Shown: piece by piece, positions 26,820 through 38,300 of the stretch
Position numbering within the stretch: the first letter of the stretch is position 1
Layout of the letters: the number at the start of each line of letters is the position of its first letter
Assembly (NCBI GenBank): GCA_964016885.1
Contig: OZ024744.1
Span: forward strand, 65,658,001 to 65,722,000
Direction: 5' to 3'
Source: Eledone cirrhosa
Taxonomy: Eukaryota
Length of the DNA: 64,000 bases
The notes under the pieces: model-generated
Told to the model about the DNA's origin: nothing
Database searches by the model: none
What the model saw: the letters and a program-made list of their open reading frames with translations, nothing else
Made by a program: the position numbers and the translations under genes

Positions 26820-28308
26820 TTAGGTAGACCCATCCGGTATCACTAAAGTGGAGAGCGTGCATTTACGTTGGTGTCTGCAGACCATGATAATTTCAGATTT
26901 GAGGTTGACTGCGTCGTCCTTAAGTTTTACTATCTCATAGCCTCGGACAGGCATAACTTGCACTTCCTCTCTCCAGCCGAGTATGAATTCGCACACTGTA
27001 GGTCAAACTCTATGCCACTGTCTTTTAGTCCCCATACTACGTCTGCCAGTCTGGTGGAGTGTCTCTTGTTCCTGTCCTTGAACAAGTTCTTGTGGTTGTA
27101 CATCCTCGATTTAAAAGTTGTGGATGTAGCTCCGATGTATGTGTGCCTATCATTGTGCGTGGTAACCACACATCTCTAGACAATGCCCTTAGTCAGGCAC
27201 ATTCCCTGCAGAGGGCACTCCTCTCCAACACGGCAGTTACAGGTCTGTGTATCATTATTGTAATTCCCCTTATTTGGGCCTGACGTCTTATTTGGGTTCT
27301 CCCTGGTCCTCAAGTGGTGCTCTGACAGAATGGTGGACTCGGTGTTCACCACCAGCTGGTCTCTGTTGTCAGGTGTGGGGTCCTCCGCGGCCACAGCTCC
27401 GTCCCCAGGCACATCTCCAGAACCACTAACCCCCTCCCACCCCACCCCACCGCCGGTGTATCAGGGGCCCTGATCGGTTTGTTGGTGGGGTGTCCTCAAT
27501 TTCAACGCGTTGGCCTTGGCCATGTAGTCTGCCATGTTGGGTGCCGTTGAAAATGAGAACTTCTCGGTGTGTCGGTTGAATATTTTGTGGTAGCTGTGTG
27601 AAGGCGGGAAACACTCGTCCAATGCCCTAAAGAAGAGACCTGGCATGTTACTGCGTACATGTTTCGAGTATGGTGCATTGAACCATGTTATGTTTCTAGG
27701 TCTGTTTCTATTTCGTTGTCTGCTACTAGTAGTGTGTGCATTGTCATGTTGTTCTCTCGGGTTACCCCTACTCCTATTTGAACCCCTATTCTATCCCTAT
27801 GCTTAGAACTATTACTTAAGTCTGTGGAAAGGCATTGACTCACTATGTTGTTCTGGACACGTTTACTAGCCCTAGTTATCGTCCCTGTCCTGCTACCCGA
27901 GTATCCTGCCGTATCATTGTTGGTATTCTTAATCTTGGTGTTATCCCTATCGTGTTCAAAGTTCTGTGCTGCATTATCTATTTCACTATCTTTGGTTTCC
28001 CCGTCCTGGTCTGTGCTGTTACTACAGTTCAGTCCGTATGTGTTGGGGTCCCTAGGGTTCTCGTGCGCCCTCATTTGTCTATGCGTCGTGCTGCCATCAC
28101 TGTCATGTGTAATACTCCTATCTATACCATTATGTGTGCGTTTACAGGTAGATTGTCTGCCTATGTTATTACTAATGGTATCCGGGTGATTGCGTTCCTC
28201 GCTATGCGGCCTGCCCTTGTCCGGGGTGTACACTATGGCTTCTGTGTAACCGGCCCTGTCCAGTGCCTCGTTGTAGTAGTCGGCGTGCTGATTGAACACA
28301 TCCACGTT
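26820..28308 (-). pseudogene. Disrupted PLE ORF: RT thumb end, linker, Cys-rich knuckle, GIY-YIG endonuclease
   Basis: ANVDVFNQHADYYNEALDRAGY...RNITWFNAPYSKHVRSN..FPPSHSYHKIFNRH..CNCRVGEECPLQGMCL..GIV*RC..TYIGATSTTFKSRMYNH..CKLCLSE/YEIVKL..NLKSEIIMVCRHQRK*. Lesions: frameshifts near 27790 and 26938, TGA 27461-63, TAG 27176-78. Confidence 0.88.
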
Positions 28309-28465
28309 GGCTGTTCCAAGCATTCATTTAAAAACGTTCTTTGTACAGAGTTTTTTCTAAACACAGTAAAGATGCCGAAGGGACGCCAGCAGTTCAAGCA
28401 TACAACCCCTTACCTACTACAGTAGTAATTCCAATCTAAGAAACAAATTTGATTGACAGGTGGAG

Positions 28466-28770
28466 AATGAAAAGAACCAAATAGTGGACAACCATGAATG
28501 GCTAGAAATATCGGTGATGTGTACAATTCTTGACCACTCATAGAATGACAACAACAGGATCTAAGTCGACAGGTGAAGGATATCGATGTAAAAGGACATA
28601 GGAAAATCTGCTTTGTAGAATCAAGATGTATCTGAGGACCTTGCGATTTTCAGAGTCAGGTTTCATCATCACATCGATCGTGCCTCGAGCTGGTCGCCAG
28701 AGAAACGATTGTAATATGTCCAATAAATTCCATTCGTCGCAACACTGATTCTCTTTTTTTTCTGTGATAT
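28466..28770 (+). repeat. Inverted pseudo-LTR copy at the truncated 5' end of the PLE
   Basis: Reverse complement of 24021-24324; AATAAA at 28722-27. Confidence 0.92.
28625..28720 (+). ncRNA. Type I hammerhead ribozyme motif, copy 2
   Basis: GATGTAT(28625)-CTGAGGA(28632-38)...GAAA(28702-05)C-GATT-GTA(28711-13)-ATATGTC(28714-20). Stem I is fully paired using two G-U wobbles. Confidence 0.68.
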
Positions 28771-28854
28771 TATACTCTGCTCTATGAGAGCATCGAGTGC
28801 TCAAACGGCCTACCGCATGGTGTTTTAAGCATCCAACACCAATTATATATATAT

Positions 28855-29428
28855 AGGTGACATAATTAGCAGCGGAGTAGGGTGCTCTGAGAGCATAATA
28901 ACTAGAAGAAGGATAAGATGGAAGAAGTTTAGAGAGCTACTCCCACTGTTGACAACAAAAAGTTTCTATCTAGTACAAAAAGATGACTGTATGACGACTG
29001 TTTACTAAGAGCGATGCTGCATGGTAGTGAAACATGGGCAATGATTGCAGGGGACATGCATAGGCTGGAGAGAAATGGAGCAACCATGATTCATTGGATA
29101 TGCAATGTAAATGAGAGAGAAGGACAGAGTCAGGATGAACTGAGGGAGAAGCTGGGTTTAAGCGGAATCAGAAGTGGTGTGCAAGAGATGATGTGCATGG
29201 ATGATGATCGCTGGGTGAAGAAGCGCCAAGAAATTCCAGTGGAAGGAAGCCGCACTAGAGGTAGACCAAGGATAACCTGGGCAGAGGTGGTGAGAGCTGA
29301 TCTCAAACAGTTGAGATTCACAGAAGAGATGATGAAGGAATGTAGCTAGTACAGAGATGCTGTGCTGAAAAAGGCCTATCCAACCCGTGTAAGCATGTAA
29401 AAATGGACGTAAAAACAATGATGATGAT
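28855..29428 (+). mobile_element. RTE LINE 3' fragment (different subfamily)
   Basis: MLHGSETWAMIAGDMHRLERN...RGRPRITWAEVV; tail GGACGTAAAAACAATGATGATGAT; preceded by (TA)n. Confidence 0.85.
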
Positions 29429-29832
29429 CTCACACAAACACTCACACTGATCATACCTTGAGCTGATCGATCTTGAAATACATGTCACATGTGAAATCCA
29501 ATTAATTTAAATAGATCTGCTTCCTTTGATGACCTCAGCATGTGGTTATTTCGCTTAATGATTAATCCAGCTTAGGATACAGAGAGAGGGACAAACTGAC
29601 ATATAGACACACCTATTTTTATGGTAAATTTTTGTAAAAATTAAAAGTCAGATCAGACATTTCTCAAGAAATATCGGTTTCATTCCAAGTCAATATATAA
29701 AAATTCCTCAAGATTTTCTTTGCACCGCATTACCAACATTATTATTGGTTGGCCAAGAACCAGAGTATTTTGTATAATATGAAAGCAAAGGAGAGTTGCT
29801 GAAACCTTTCATTGCCATGATAAATGCCTTAA

Positions 29833-30025
29833 CCCTTTAGCATATAAACCGGCTATATCGGGCCAGAACTCTCTTGCCTTTTTCTGTTCGAACTGGATGT
29901 AATCAGCCACTCATACTGATGTTAAGGTATTGTTCTCAAAATTTCATAGATTCAATATTATGTGAGATAAAGACTTTACCATGAAAATATAATAGTAAAT
30001 ATAGAGAAATGTAAATGTTAAAGGG
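29833..30025. mobile_element. piggyBac-type MITE
   Basis: TTAA-CCCTTTAGCAT ... ATGTTAAAGGG-TTAA. Confidence 0.85.
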
Positions 30026-30908
30026 TTAATTATATATTTTCAGTTCAAATTTTGCCTGAGTTAACTTAGCTGTGTACTTTTTCCAAACTGATTGTCTGTA
30101 TCCCATTAAAAAATATGTCACCTTTTTCTGAAGTTATAAGTTTTAAGTATCTATTCACAATGTTTATATCTATACTGTGTTTCATTCCATTTAACCTCTC
30201 ATCACTATTAGGTATTTTATTCTTGAATGCATATATTGTCTCAGAATGGATATCAATTACTTAATAACATTCATTCGTACTGTAAAGTGGTCGTGTAGGC
30301 GTCATAACAAAAAGCACCCAGTACTCACTGTAAATCAGGCTGGTGCTAGGAAGGGCACCCAGCTGTAGAAACCAAGCCAAAATTAGTTCTGTATGAGCAA
30401 GACATGGTCACCTGACCTGGCATTGCTCACAACAGGGTCACTCATCTAACCCATGCCAGTGTGGAAAAGTGGACGTTAAACTGTGATGATGATGATTTCT
30501 GCTAGGCCATATCTATTGCTAGATACCTATCAAATCACCTTAGAACACAGGACATATTGAAAATGTGGGTCTGGGTTCCCTTTACACTGGAAGAAGGTGG
30601 AATGGTCATGGTTGGAATGGTTCTGGTCATGGATCTGCTTAGTCAACTCTGATCTGGAGTTAAACAACAACATGGTCACTTAACCTGCTAGAAATAGCAG
30701 CCAAATCCATCTTAAATCATATATGTCCCTGTCTGAAAAATGGAAGGACACATTGCAGAGTGTATTCCTAAATATATTGTCTAAAAAAGAAAAGGTAGAA
30801 TGGTTGTGACTAGAACAACTTTGATCGTAGATTTGCTGAATCAACGCTAACTTGAGACTAAACAACAATAATAACAAATTTCTGTCCAGCTATTATTTAT
30901 TATTAAAA

Positions 30909-31100
30909 AGGGTGGTGGATTGGCAGTATCGGTAGAGGGTCGGACGCCATGCTTTGATGCACAGAGTTACGGCCCTTGCCATTCTGAGTTCAAATCCTGC
31001 CGAGGTTAACTTTGCCTTTCATCCTTATGGGGGTCGATAAAATACAGTACCAGTAATGCACTGGGTAATTGCTGGCCCTGTGCCAAAAGTAGAAACAATT
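30909..31100 (+). mobile_element. Nin-domain-like SINE, near full length
   Basis: tRNA-like head with GAGTTCAAATCC B-box; GCCTTTCATCCTTATGGGGGTCGATAAAATACAGTACCAG core. Confidence 0.85.
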
Positions 31101-31656
31101 ACTAAAAAAATAGTTATTTCAGCTGTTCTTGGCCTGCATGGAACTACCCACTGTTTCTTTCACTCTTCAACATTTTCGACTCTCAGTTCGTTGTTGTCCA
31201 CATTCATACTGAATCCCAGCCATTTCAGTCATATCATACCGCTTATAGAGATTTCATCAAATAATTTAATGCTTCTGGTCTGGTACTAACTGGAACAGAA
31301 CCTATTTCCTTGGTTACTAGAATCCAAAACCATCATTTCATTAAGCTTATGCTTGTATTTGCACGACAAATCAATACTGTCTCTGAGGTCTGGTTCAGAG
31401 CTATATATAAACATTTCTATCAACTTTAGTCTCCAATTGTTGCAGAACCTGTCCAAGTAGAGATATAAAATAAATGCTATTACTTGAAATATTTCTCTAC
31501 AAAAATACACTTTTCCCCCTTCATATTAGTTCACTTCAACCGATGTTATAATAATATATAATATTCAATGTTATGATATATTTGCTACCTAATAATAATA
31601 GTAATAATAGTAGCATTAATAATGAGGAGTATAGTAATAATGATGATAATAGTAAT

Positions 31657-31845
31657 AATTGTTTCTACTATTGGCACAAGGCCAGCAATTACCCAGTGCA
31701 TTACTGGTACTTTATTTTATCGACCCCGTAAGGATGTAAGGCAAAGTTAACCTCGGCGGGATTTGAACTCAGAATGGCAAGGGCCGTAACTATGCGTCAA
31801 AGCATGGCGTCCGACCCTCTACCGATACTGCCAATACACCACCCT
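31657..31845 (-). mobile_element. Nin-domain-like SINE, inverted relative to the 30909 copy
   Basis: Reverse complement of 30909-31100 at high similarity; flanked by ATAATAGTAATAAT on both sides. Confidence 0.85.
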
Positions 31846-31889
31846 CATAATAGTAATAATAATAGTAGTAATAATCATTACCACCATTA

Positions 31890-32918
31890 TCATCATCATC
31901 ATCATCTTCATCATTTAACGTCCATTTTCCACGCTAGCATGGGTTAAATGGGTTGTCCCATTTAGAGGCAAGTTGGGTCAGGTGACCATGTCTTGCTCAC
32001 ACAGAACTATTTCTGGCTAGGTTTCTACAGCTGGATGCCCTTCCTAATGCCAAACATATTTACAGTGTATGCTGGGTGCTTTTTGTTGTCATTCCTACAC
32101 AACCACTTTACAGTGTGAGCTGGGTGCTTTTTGTTGTGATACCTACACAACCACTTTACAGTGTGGGCTGGGTGCTTTTGTTGTGATACCTACATGGCCA
32201 TTTTACAGTGTGGACTGGGTGATTTTTTTTGTTGTGATACATCATCATCGTTTAACGTCCATCTTCCACGCTAGCATGAGTTGGACCCACATAACTTTAC
32301 AGTGTAAGGGTGGTGTGGACAGACGTGGGAGGGTGGTGTAGTGGCATGGGTGTATGAAAGGAGGTATTGTGAATTAAGTGGTTAAGAGGTGCCTACTAGA
32401 TGTATGTTTGAGTCTGTGCGCATGGGAAGGCATGTCTTCTGTATTACTGCATAACACCAAAGATCTCGATCCTGTGTCATTGTCTTTGAGAGGTGCAATT
32501 GTGCAAGGTCAACTCTTATCACCCCTTTTGGAGTCTTTCTACTCCATTGCTTCCATCAATTTTGATCACCTTGCACATTTTTAAACAACTGTTGCCCTCC
32601 ATACACATCACATGACCATACCAACACAATCTCCTCTCTAGTATGCTGTATCTAATGCCTCTTATGCCTAATTTCTCTCTCAGTTCATTTACGCTTTGCC
32701 ATTCATGTATATTACTATTACACATCCATCAGAGCATGCATGCTTCATTTCTTTCCAATCTTCGCAGGTCCTTTGCGCACAGTGCCCAGGTCTCACTACC
32801 ATGTAACATTGCTGTTCGTATTCATGTATCATACAATATATCCTTCATTTTTAGGGAAAAACCTTTTGTAGTTAACAGCAGTATTAGCTCTCTGTTCTTA
32901 CTCTGGCTACTGTACTTT
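31890..32918 (-). mobile_element. RTE LINE 3' fragment (32400-32918) with tail modules (31890-32390)
   Basis: MCNSNIHEWQSVNELREKLGIRGIRYSILERRLCWYGHVMCM; (CAT)n tails at 31890 and 32240. Confidence 0.8.
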
Positions 32919-34269
32919 CTGGTTTCTGATTTAGGCACAAGGCCAACAATTTTTCGGGAAGGGGAAAGTCGATTAAATTAACCCCAGTATATTACTGTTG
33001 CTTTATTTTATCGACACCATAAGGATGAAAGGCAAAGCATATTGTCCACAGCCCTACCAATACTGTTAATCCATCGCCCTAATAATAATAATAATAATAA
33101 TAATAATTTTGTTTCCCATGTTATATCAGCTTGCTGATGATACTTTTCATTTTCCTTTATAAATTCTAAATTATATTTTGTTTCTATGAACTCTTAAAGT
33201 CCTGTACTGCATGAAACTGCATTAGCAAGATATTTTGAAAAGTACAAAACAGTACTCTGGCTGCATCACATTAAAAGTTTAAGTCTTTATTTTAGTTTAC
33301 TGCAAATTTTCACAACGCTCTATCCACTAGTAAATGTTTTGCAAATATTTGAATTGACAAAGCTATTTTTACATATTTTCTGCTAAATCATTACAGGAAG
33401 TTTAGAGTTAAGTTGGTTGGGGCAAAGAGAAAACAAAGAGAAACGTTGTCATACTGATTAATCCTTATCTCACAATAAGATTTACTACACTTTTGCTTGT
33501 TGTTAGAAACATACACAACACTCACTTTCCAGGAGTTACTATATACTTTCTTTGACCAAATGACATCTGTGGCAGGATTTTTTCCCCCATGGCTTATAAT
33601 TAGAGAAAGAAGAGTAGCACTCATGACCATTTTCAGGGTCTCCAAACTAGTAGAACTAGAGACCTAGCTTGGATACTTGCAACAGAGTTGACTTTACTAA
33701 AGGATTGGCTGGGTGGTGGTGGTGGTGGTGGTGTTAAACAAAGCAACAGATTAAGTCTACCATCCAAGAACTGAGCTGTTCTGGCTGGCTTCAACACAAT
33801 TTTCTATATACCAAATTTCTTAACAGAGCTTTGTTAGATCCACAGCTATGGTAGAAGACACTTGTCTGAAATGCTGTTCAATGAAGCCAAACCCCAAACT
33901 ACACAATTGTTAAATGAGTGTCTTGACCATAAAGCTATACCTGTGACAAGACAGAAAAGAGTGTATTAGGAAAGAGTTAAACATTTTAACATCAGATTTT
34001 GATGACTTCTTATGCTGTTTTCATGAGAAGTGTTGGTGGTTAGAATCAGCATTCAGTCTTGGTCAGCAGTGGGAGATAATTCATAAACTATTTGGAAAAT
34101 CTATGTCATGTTTCATTTTGATTTTGGAGTCATATGGTACGCTGCCATTATATAAAGTTTTTGTGTATATACAGAATAGAAGTAACCACATTTACAGCCT
34201 CAGTTACTTCTATTCTCTGTATATACATTGTATACTTCATCTGCAAAATGTACAACTGTCGTTATATAA

Positions 34270-34860
34270 CTGGCTATGTGGTGTAGTGTGGTATTAGGGT
34301 TATGTATTGTGGTAGTGAGGGCATGTTATGTTGTGCTGCATTGTGGTAGTAAGAATATATTGTGTGGTGGTGAGGACATGTGGTGGTGACGACCTGTTGT
34401 GTGGTGATGTAGTGTGGTAGGGAGGACATGTTGTGTGGTGGTGTAATGTGGTAGTGATGACATGTGTGGTGGTGTAGTGTGGTAGGTAGGACATGTTGTG
34501 TGGTGGTGTAGTGTGGTAGTGTAGTGTGGTGGTGTAGTGTGGTGATGTAGTGTGGTAGTGATGAAATGTGTGGTGGTGATGACATGTGTAGTGGTGTAGT
34601 GTGGTAGTGTAGTGAGGTAGTGATGACATGTTGTAGTAGTGTAGTGTGGTAGTGATGACATGTATGTGGTATAGTGTGGTAGTGTAGTGTGGTGGTGTAG
34701 TGTGGTAGTGATGACATGTTGTGGTAGTGTAGTATGGTGGTGTAGTGTGGTAGTGATGACATGTTGTGGTAGTGTAGTGTGGTGGTGTAGTGTGGTAGTG
34801 ATGACATGTTGTGGTGGTGTAGTGTGGTGGTGTAGTGTTGTGGTGATAATATGTGTGATG
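34270..34860. repeat. G/T-rich minisatellite, ~45-bp unit TGTAGTGTGGTAGTGATGACATGTTGTGGTAGTGTAGTGTGGTGG
   Basis: 15-aa periodicity (MSSLPHYTTTLHYHN) in the ORF track; purest at 34650-34840. Confidence 0.85.
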
Positions 34861-35057
34861 ATGTACAAAAGTAGTGGGGAGATATTCGATGGTGTAGATG
34901 TTATATTGCGTGACATTGTGTGTTTTTTAAATTTACATTGTAACTCTGAAAAATATAATTCTGTATTTGATGACAGTTTTGGCCCAAAATCTCGTGTTGA
35001 AAAAAGAGTATTGATGATTCTTTTAACAGAGAGGTTTGTCATTGATGGCATGTCGCT

Positions 35058-35340
35058 TTGTGGTTAGGGTATTTGGCTTACAATTGTAAGGTCATGGGTT
35101 CGATTCCTGGTGGCGCGTTGTCCTTGAGCAAGACACTTTATTTCACATTGCTCCACTCTAATCAGCTGGCAAAAGTGAGTTCTACCTGTAAGTTGTTCCT
35201 GTGTCACACTGAATCTCCCTGAGAACTATGTTAAGGGTACGAGTGAAATGCTCAGCCACTTGCACGTTAATTTCACGAGTAGGCTGTTCCATTGATTGGA
35301 TCAACTGGAACACTCATTGTCATAATCGACGGACTGCCAG
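35058..35340 (+). mobile_element. Meta-domain-like SINE with a non-RTE tail (relatives at 37600-37880, 38425-38650, and 13280-13440 on -)
   Basis: GGTTCGATTCC B-box, TCCTTGAGCAAGACACTTTATTTCACATTGCTCCA core, CTGAATCTCCCTGAGAAC..GGCTGTTCCATTGAT tail. Confidence 0.7.
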
Positions 35341-38300
35341 TCAGTCAATATTTGTCAATTGAGGTCAACTTTGCCTTTCATCCTTTTCAGCATAGTATTA
35401 ATCCACTACTGGGATCTATTCTTCTATATCTATTTCTCACTTCTTCTCTATGACTCTTCTCTTCCCCGAAGAAATTGACTGTATTCAAATCTGGCGATGG
35501 GATGGGCTCCGCAATGTTTAAAGTACCCAAGAAATGCTGTATGTCACCTCAGTGCCCCTATGACTCCACAAGGAGTTACAGTAAAAAAAAAAAGTTTGCT
35601 AATAATAAAAGTAAAGCTCTGATTCTGATTACTATTCGTTTCTTTAGTATTTCATTATTTGGTTGTGTGTTTCAAGCCTTTTTGTCACACACCTGTGGTC
35701 TGTTCTTTCATATCTGTGCACCTGTTGAATCATAAAAAAATTCCAAATATATTTATTTCAAATATTATCTTTAAAGATATCTTTTAGCTAAAATAGAGAG
35801 AAAATTATAGTTCTGTTTTAAGAAAGCTTAAATTTTAAATACAGCTTTTATAATAGGTATTATAATAGAATCTTTGAATAACTTGTTTTCTTCTTTTTTA
35901 AAATATGTCCCACCCTTGCAAGTAGGGAAAAGTGGACGTAAAATGATGATGATATTCTCATAATCAATGAACCTAGGATGAAAAGGGAGAACTTTGAATA
36001 ATTATAAACAGCAGTGTATTTTTTTCATTTTAACTAATCGCTCTGAATTAAGAAGACAACAGCTATTGTTTGTTGAATTGGTTCTCATTCTGGGAATCAA
36101 TATATGTATAACATGTTTAACCAGTTGATAAAAGTTTTGTACTAAGTCAATAACCTAACTTCATTAAGATCTCATTATATCTCATTCAGTCTTCAAACAA
36201 ACATGGTACTCTTTGGGTGTGTTCTCTCCTTACAATAAAATAAATCACCATCACAAATTAGATTTTTTTTTAAATTTACATTTTTTGTTGTTTTTATACA
36301 TGTGTGTGTGAGTTGCAGAGGTGTTATTCCACAAAAATTCATTTCATCTTTTCTCAAGGGTAAGAAAGATATTGCATATTTGAAACACATTTTTTGTAAG
36401 ATAGTTTTTATGAATAAATTTGTTTCATTGTATGAATGTAAGCCGTGTTAGTTTGAAATAGTTGTAGAGTAAGTTTTTCATTGTCCTCATGTCAAGTTGT
36501 TGTTGCTGTTGTTGAGCCTCAGGGTGACTCTCATTGAATAGACATAGTCAAAAGTATGCCAGCTGTGACCATCCCAGAGATTTAGCTTTTTTTTTCCAGC
36601 AAGTATAGTAATTGCAGAAGTCTGGCTGAGGTTCTTTTCCATCATACCCACAGCACACAACATTTATCTACACACCACATCAAAAGCATTTCAACAATTT
36701 CCTCTGAACCAACAACTTTTCACAGTGCCAAAGTTGATTGTTGCAGTTTGGAAGTTTTGGATCTGATGTGAAGACAGCTGGACAGGAGGCTTGACCATTT
36801 ACTGCACTTAAAAAGAAGGGAATCTTTGTGACTGCCTGTCAGTAGATAGAGGGCACTTATTCATAGTCAGATATTTTTGTTAGAAGACTATTGCTAGCTC
36901 AATCAAATAAATAAACCAATCTTGACTAGGGCATAAGTGGAAGGAAAGGAGAAGATAAAAAAGGGGTATGGGGACTACTTCTTTTGCAAGAAAGGAGGTG
37001 AAGGGGACTGGGATGGTGGGTAGCACAAAGGAATAATAATTTAAAAAAAAACAACTAAGCTGTCTATTTATCATGTAAATAATAAAGGCAACTGTCTGCT
37101 AATTTAAGAGAAAATAATGGTTTCTGATTTAGGCACAAGGCCAACAATTTTTGCAAAAGGAAAGTTGATTAAATTGACCCCAGTGTTATTGGTACTTTAT
37201 TTTATCTACCATATAAGGATGAAAGGCATTTGAACTCAGAATGTAAAGCAACTTAACTATATGCCACAAAGCATGTAGTTAGACACACTACTGATACTGC
37301 CAATCCACCTCACTTATTTAAGAAAAATAATAAAAATGAAGTTCAAACATTCTGGCAAGTATTCTGCTATAGTAATAAGAACTAATTTAGGTAAAATAAT
37401 AATAAAATAAGTTTCTAATATTCTGGCAAGTGATCTCCTATGAGAAAAAAGACTGCATTATAAATTATTAGAGAAATAGAGTATTGATCTTACATTCTAT
37501 CTACTACAGAATAGAGCAAATGACCAGGAACAACAAATAAGTGACTGGGGTTTGCTAACAGTTGTGCGTGTGTGTGTGAGTATTTCTCTACATTGTGAAG
37601 GTACATGGCCTTGTGGTTAGGATGTTCAGATCACACTCATGGGTTCGATTCCTGGCAGCATATTGTATCCATGAGCAAGTGATTTTATTTCATGTGGCTC
37701 CAGTCCACTCAATTGGCAAAAATGAGTTGTAATTGAAAAGGTCAGCTTTGTCATACTTTGTCTTGCTGAATCTCCCTGAGAACTCCTCTAATGCCCGAGG
37801 AATACTTGACCACTTAAACGTTAATTTCAAAAGCTGGTGGCTCGGGTGTTCAAACAATTGGAACCTCCATCGGAACTGGCAGAGGGCCAACAGATCCATT
37901 TCTCTAGATTAACCATTATTTTATGAGAGGAATTATTCAGTTTTAAATTTCAAATATAAACAAGTAAATAATCTTATTTTTATGATCTTACAGGCAATGC
38001 TGTTCATTTTTTTCCATCTCAAGGGGCTTATATACCCATCTTGTTAGACTATTTTTCCTAATTAAAAACCTGCATTGAAGTAGTTAACTTTAGGTTAGCA
38101 TACATAAAAAATTTATAAACAAAATACAGTTTCATGTGTTTCTATAAGGTGCAGTAGGAAAAATATTTTGCATGAGCATTGTGTAAAATACGGGAGGTTT
38201 TTCTGTTGTACTTTGTATTTCTGTCTTGTAAATCATTAAAACCTTTCCTATTGAAATCAGTGTGTTAGGCTTTTATTACAGTCTGTAGAGAGTATTTCTA

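Larger units (their letters stand above)
24021..28770 (-). mobile_element. 5'-truncated Penelope-like element (Naiad-type GIY-YIG) with a 3' pLTR and an inverted 5' pLTR copy
   Basis: Minus-strand ORF remnant with thumb/linker and GIY-YIG motifs. Inverted repeats 24021-24324/28466-28770 and 24382-24432/28309-28358. Hammerhead motifs in both repeats. Confidence 0.85.

Noticed and set aside
24021-28770. DNA transposon with 300-bp TIRs
   Set aside because: No transposase or clear TSD. The internal ORF is a PLE GIY-YIG, and one repeat joins the ORF truncation point, as expected for an inverted pLTR.
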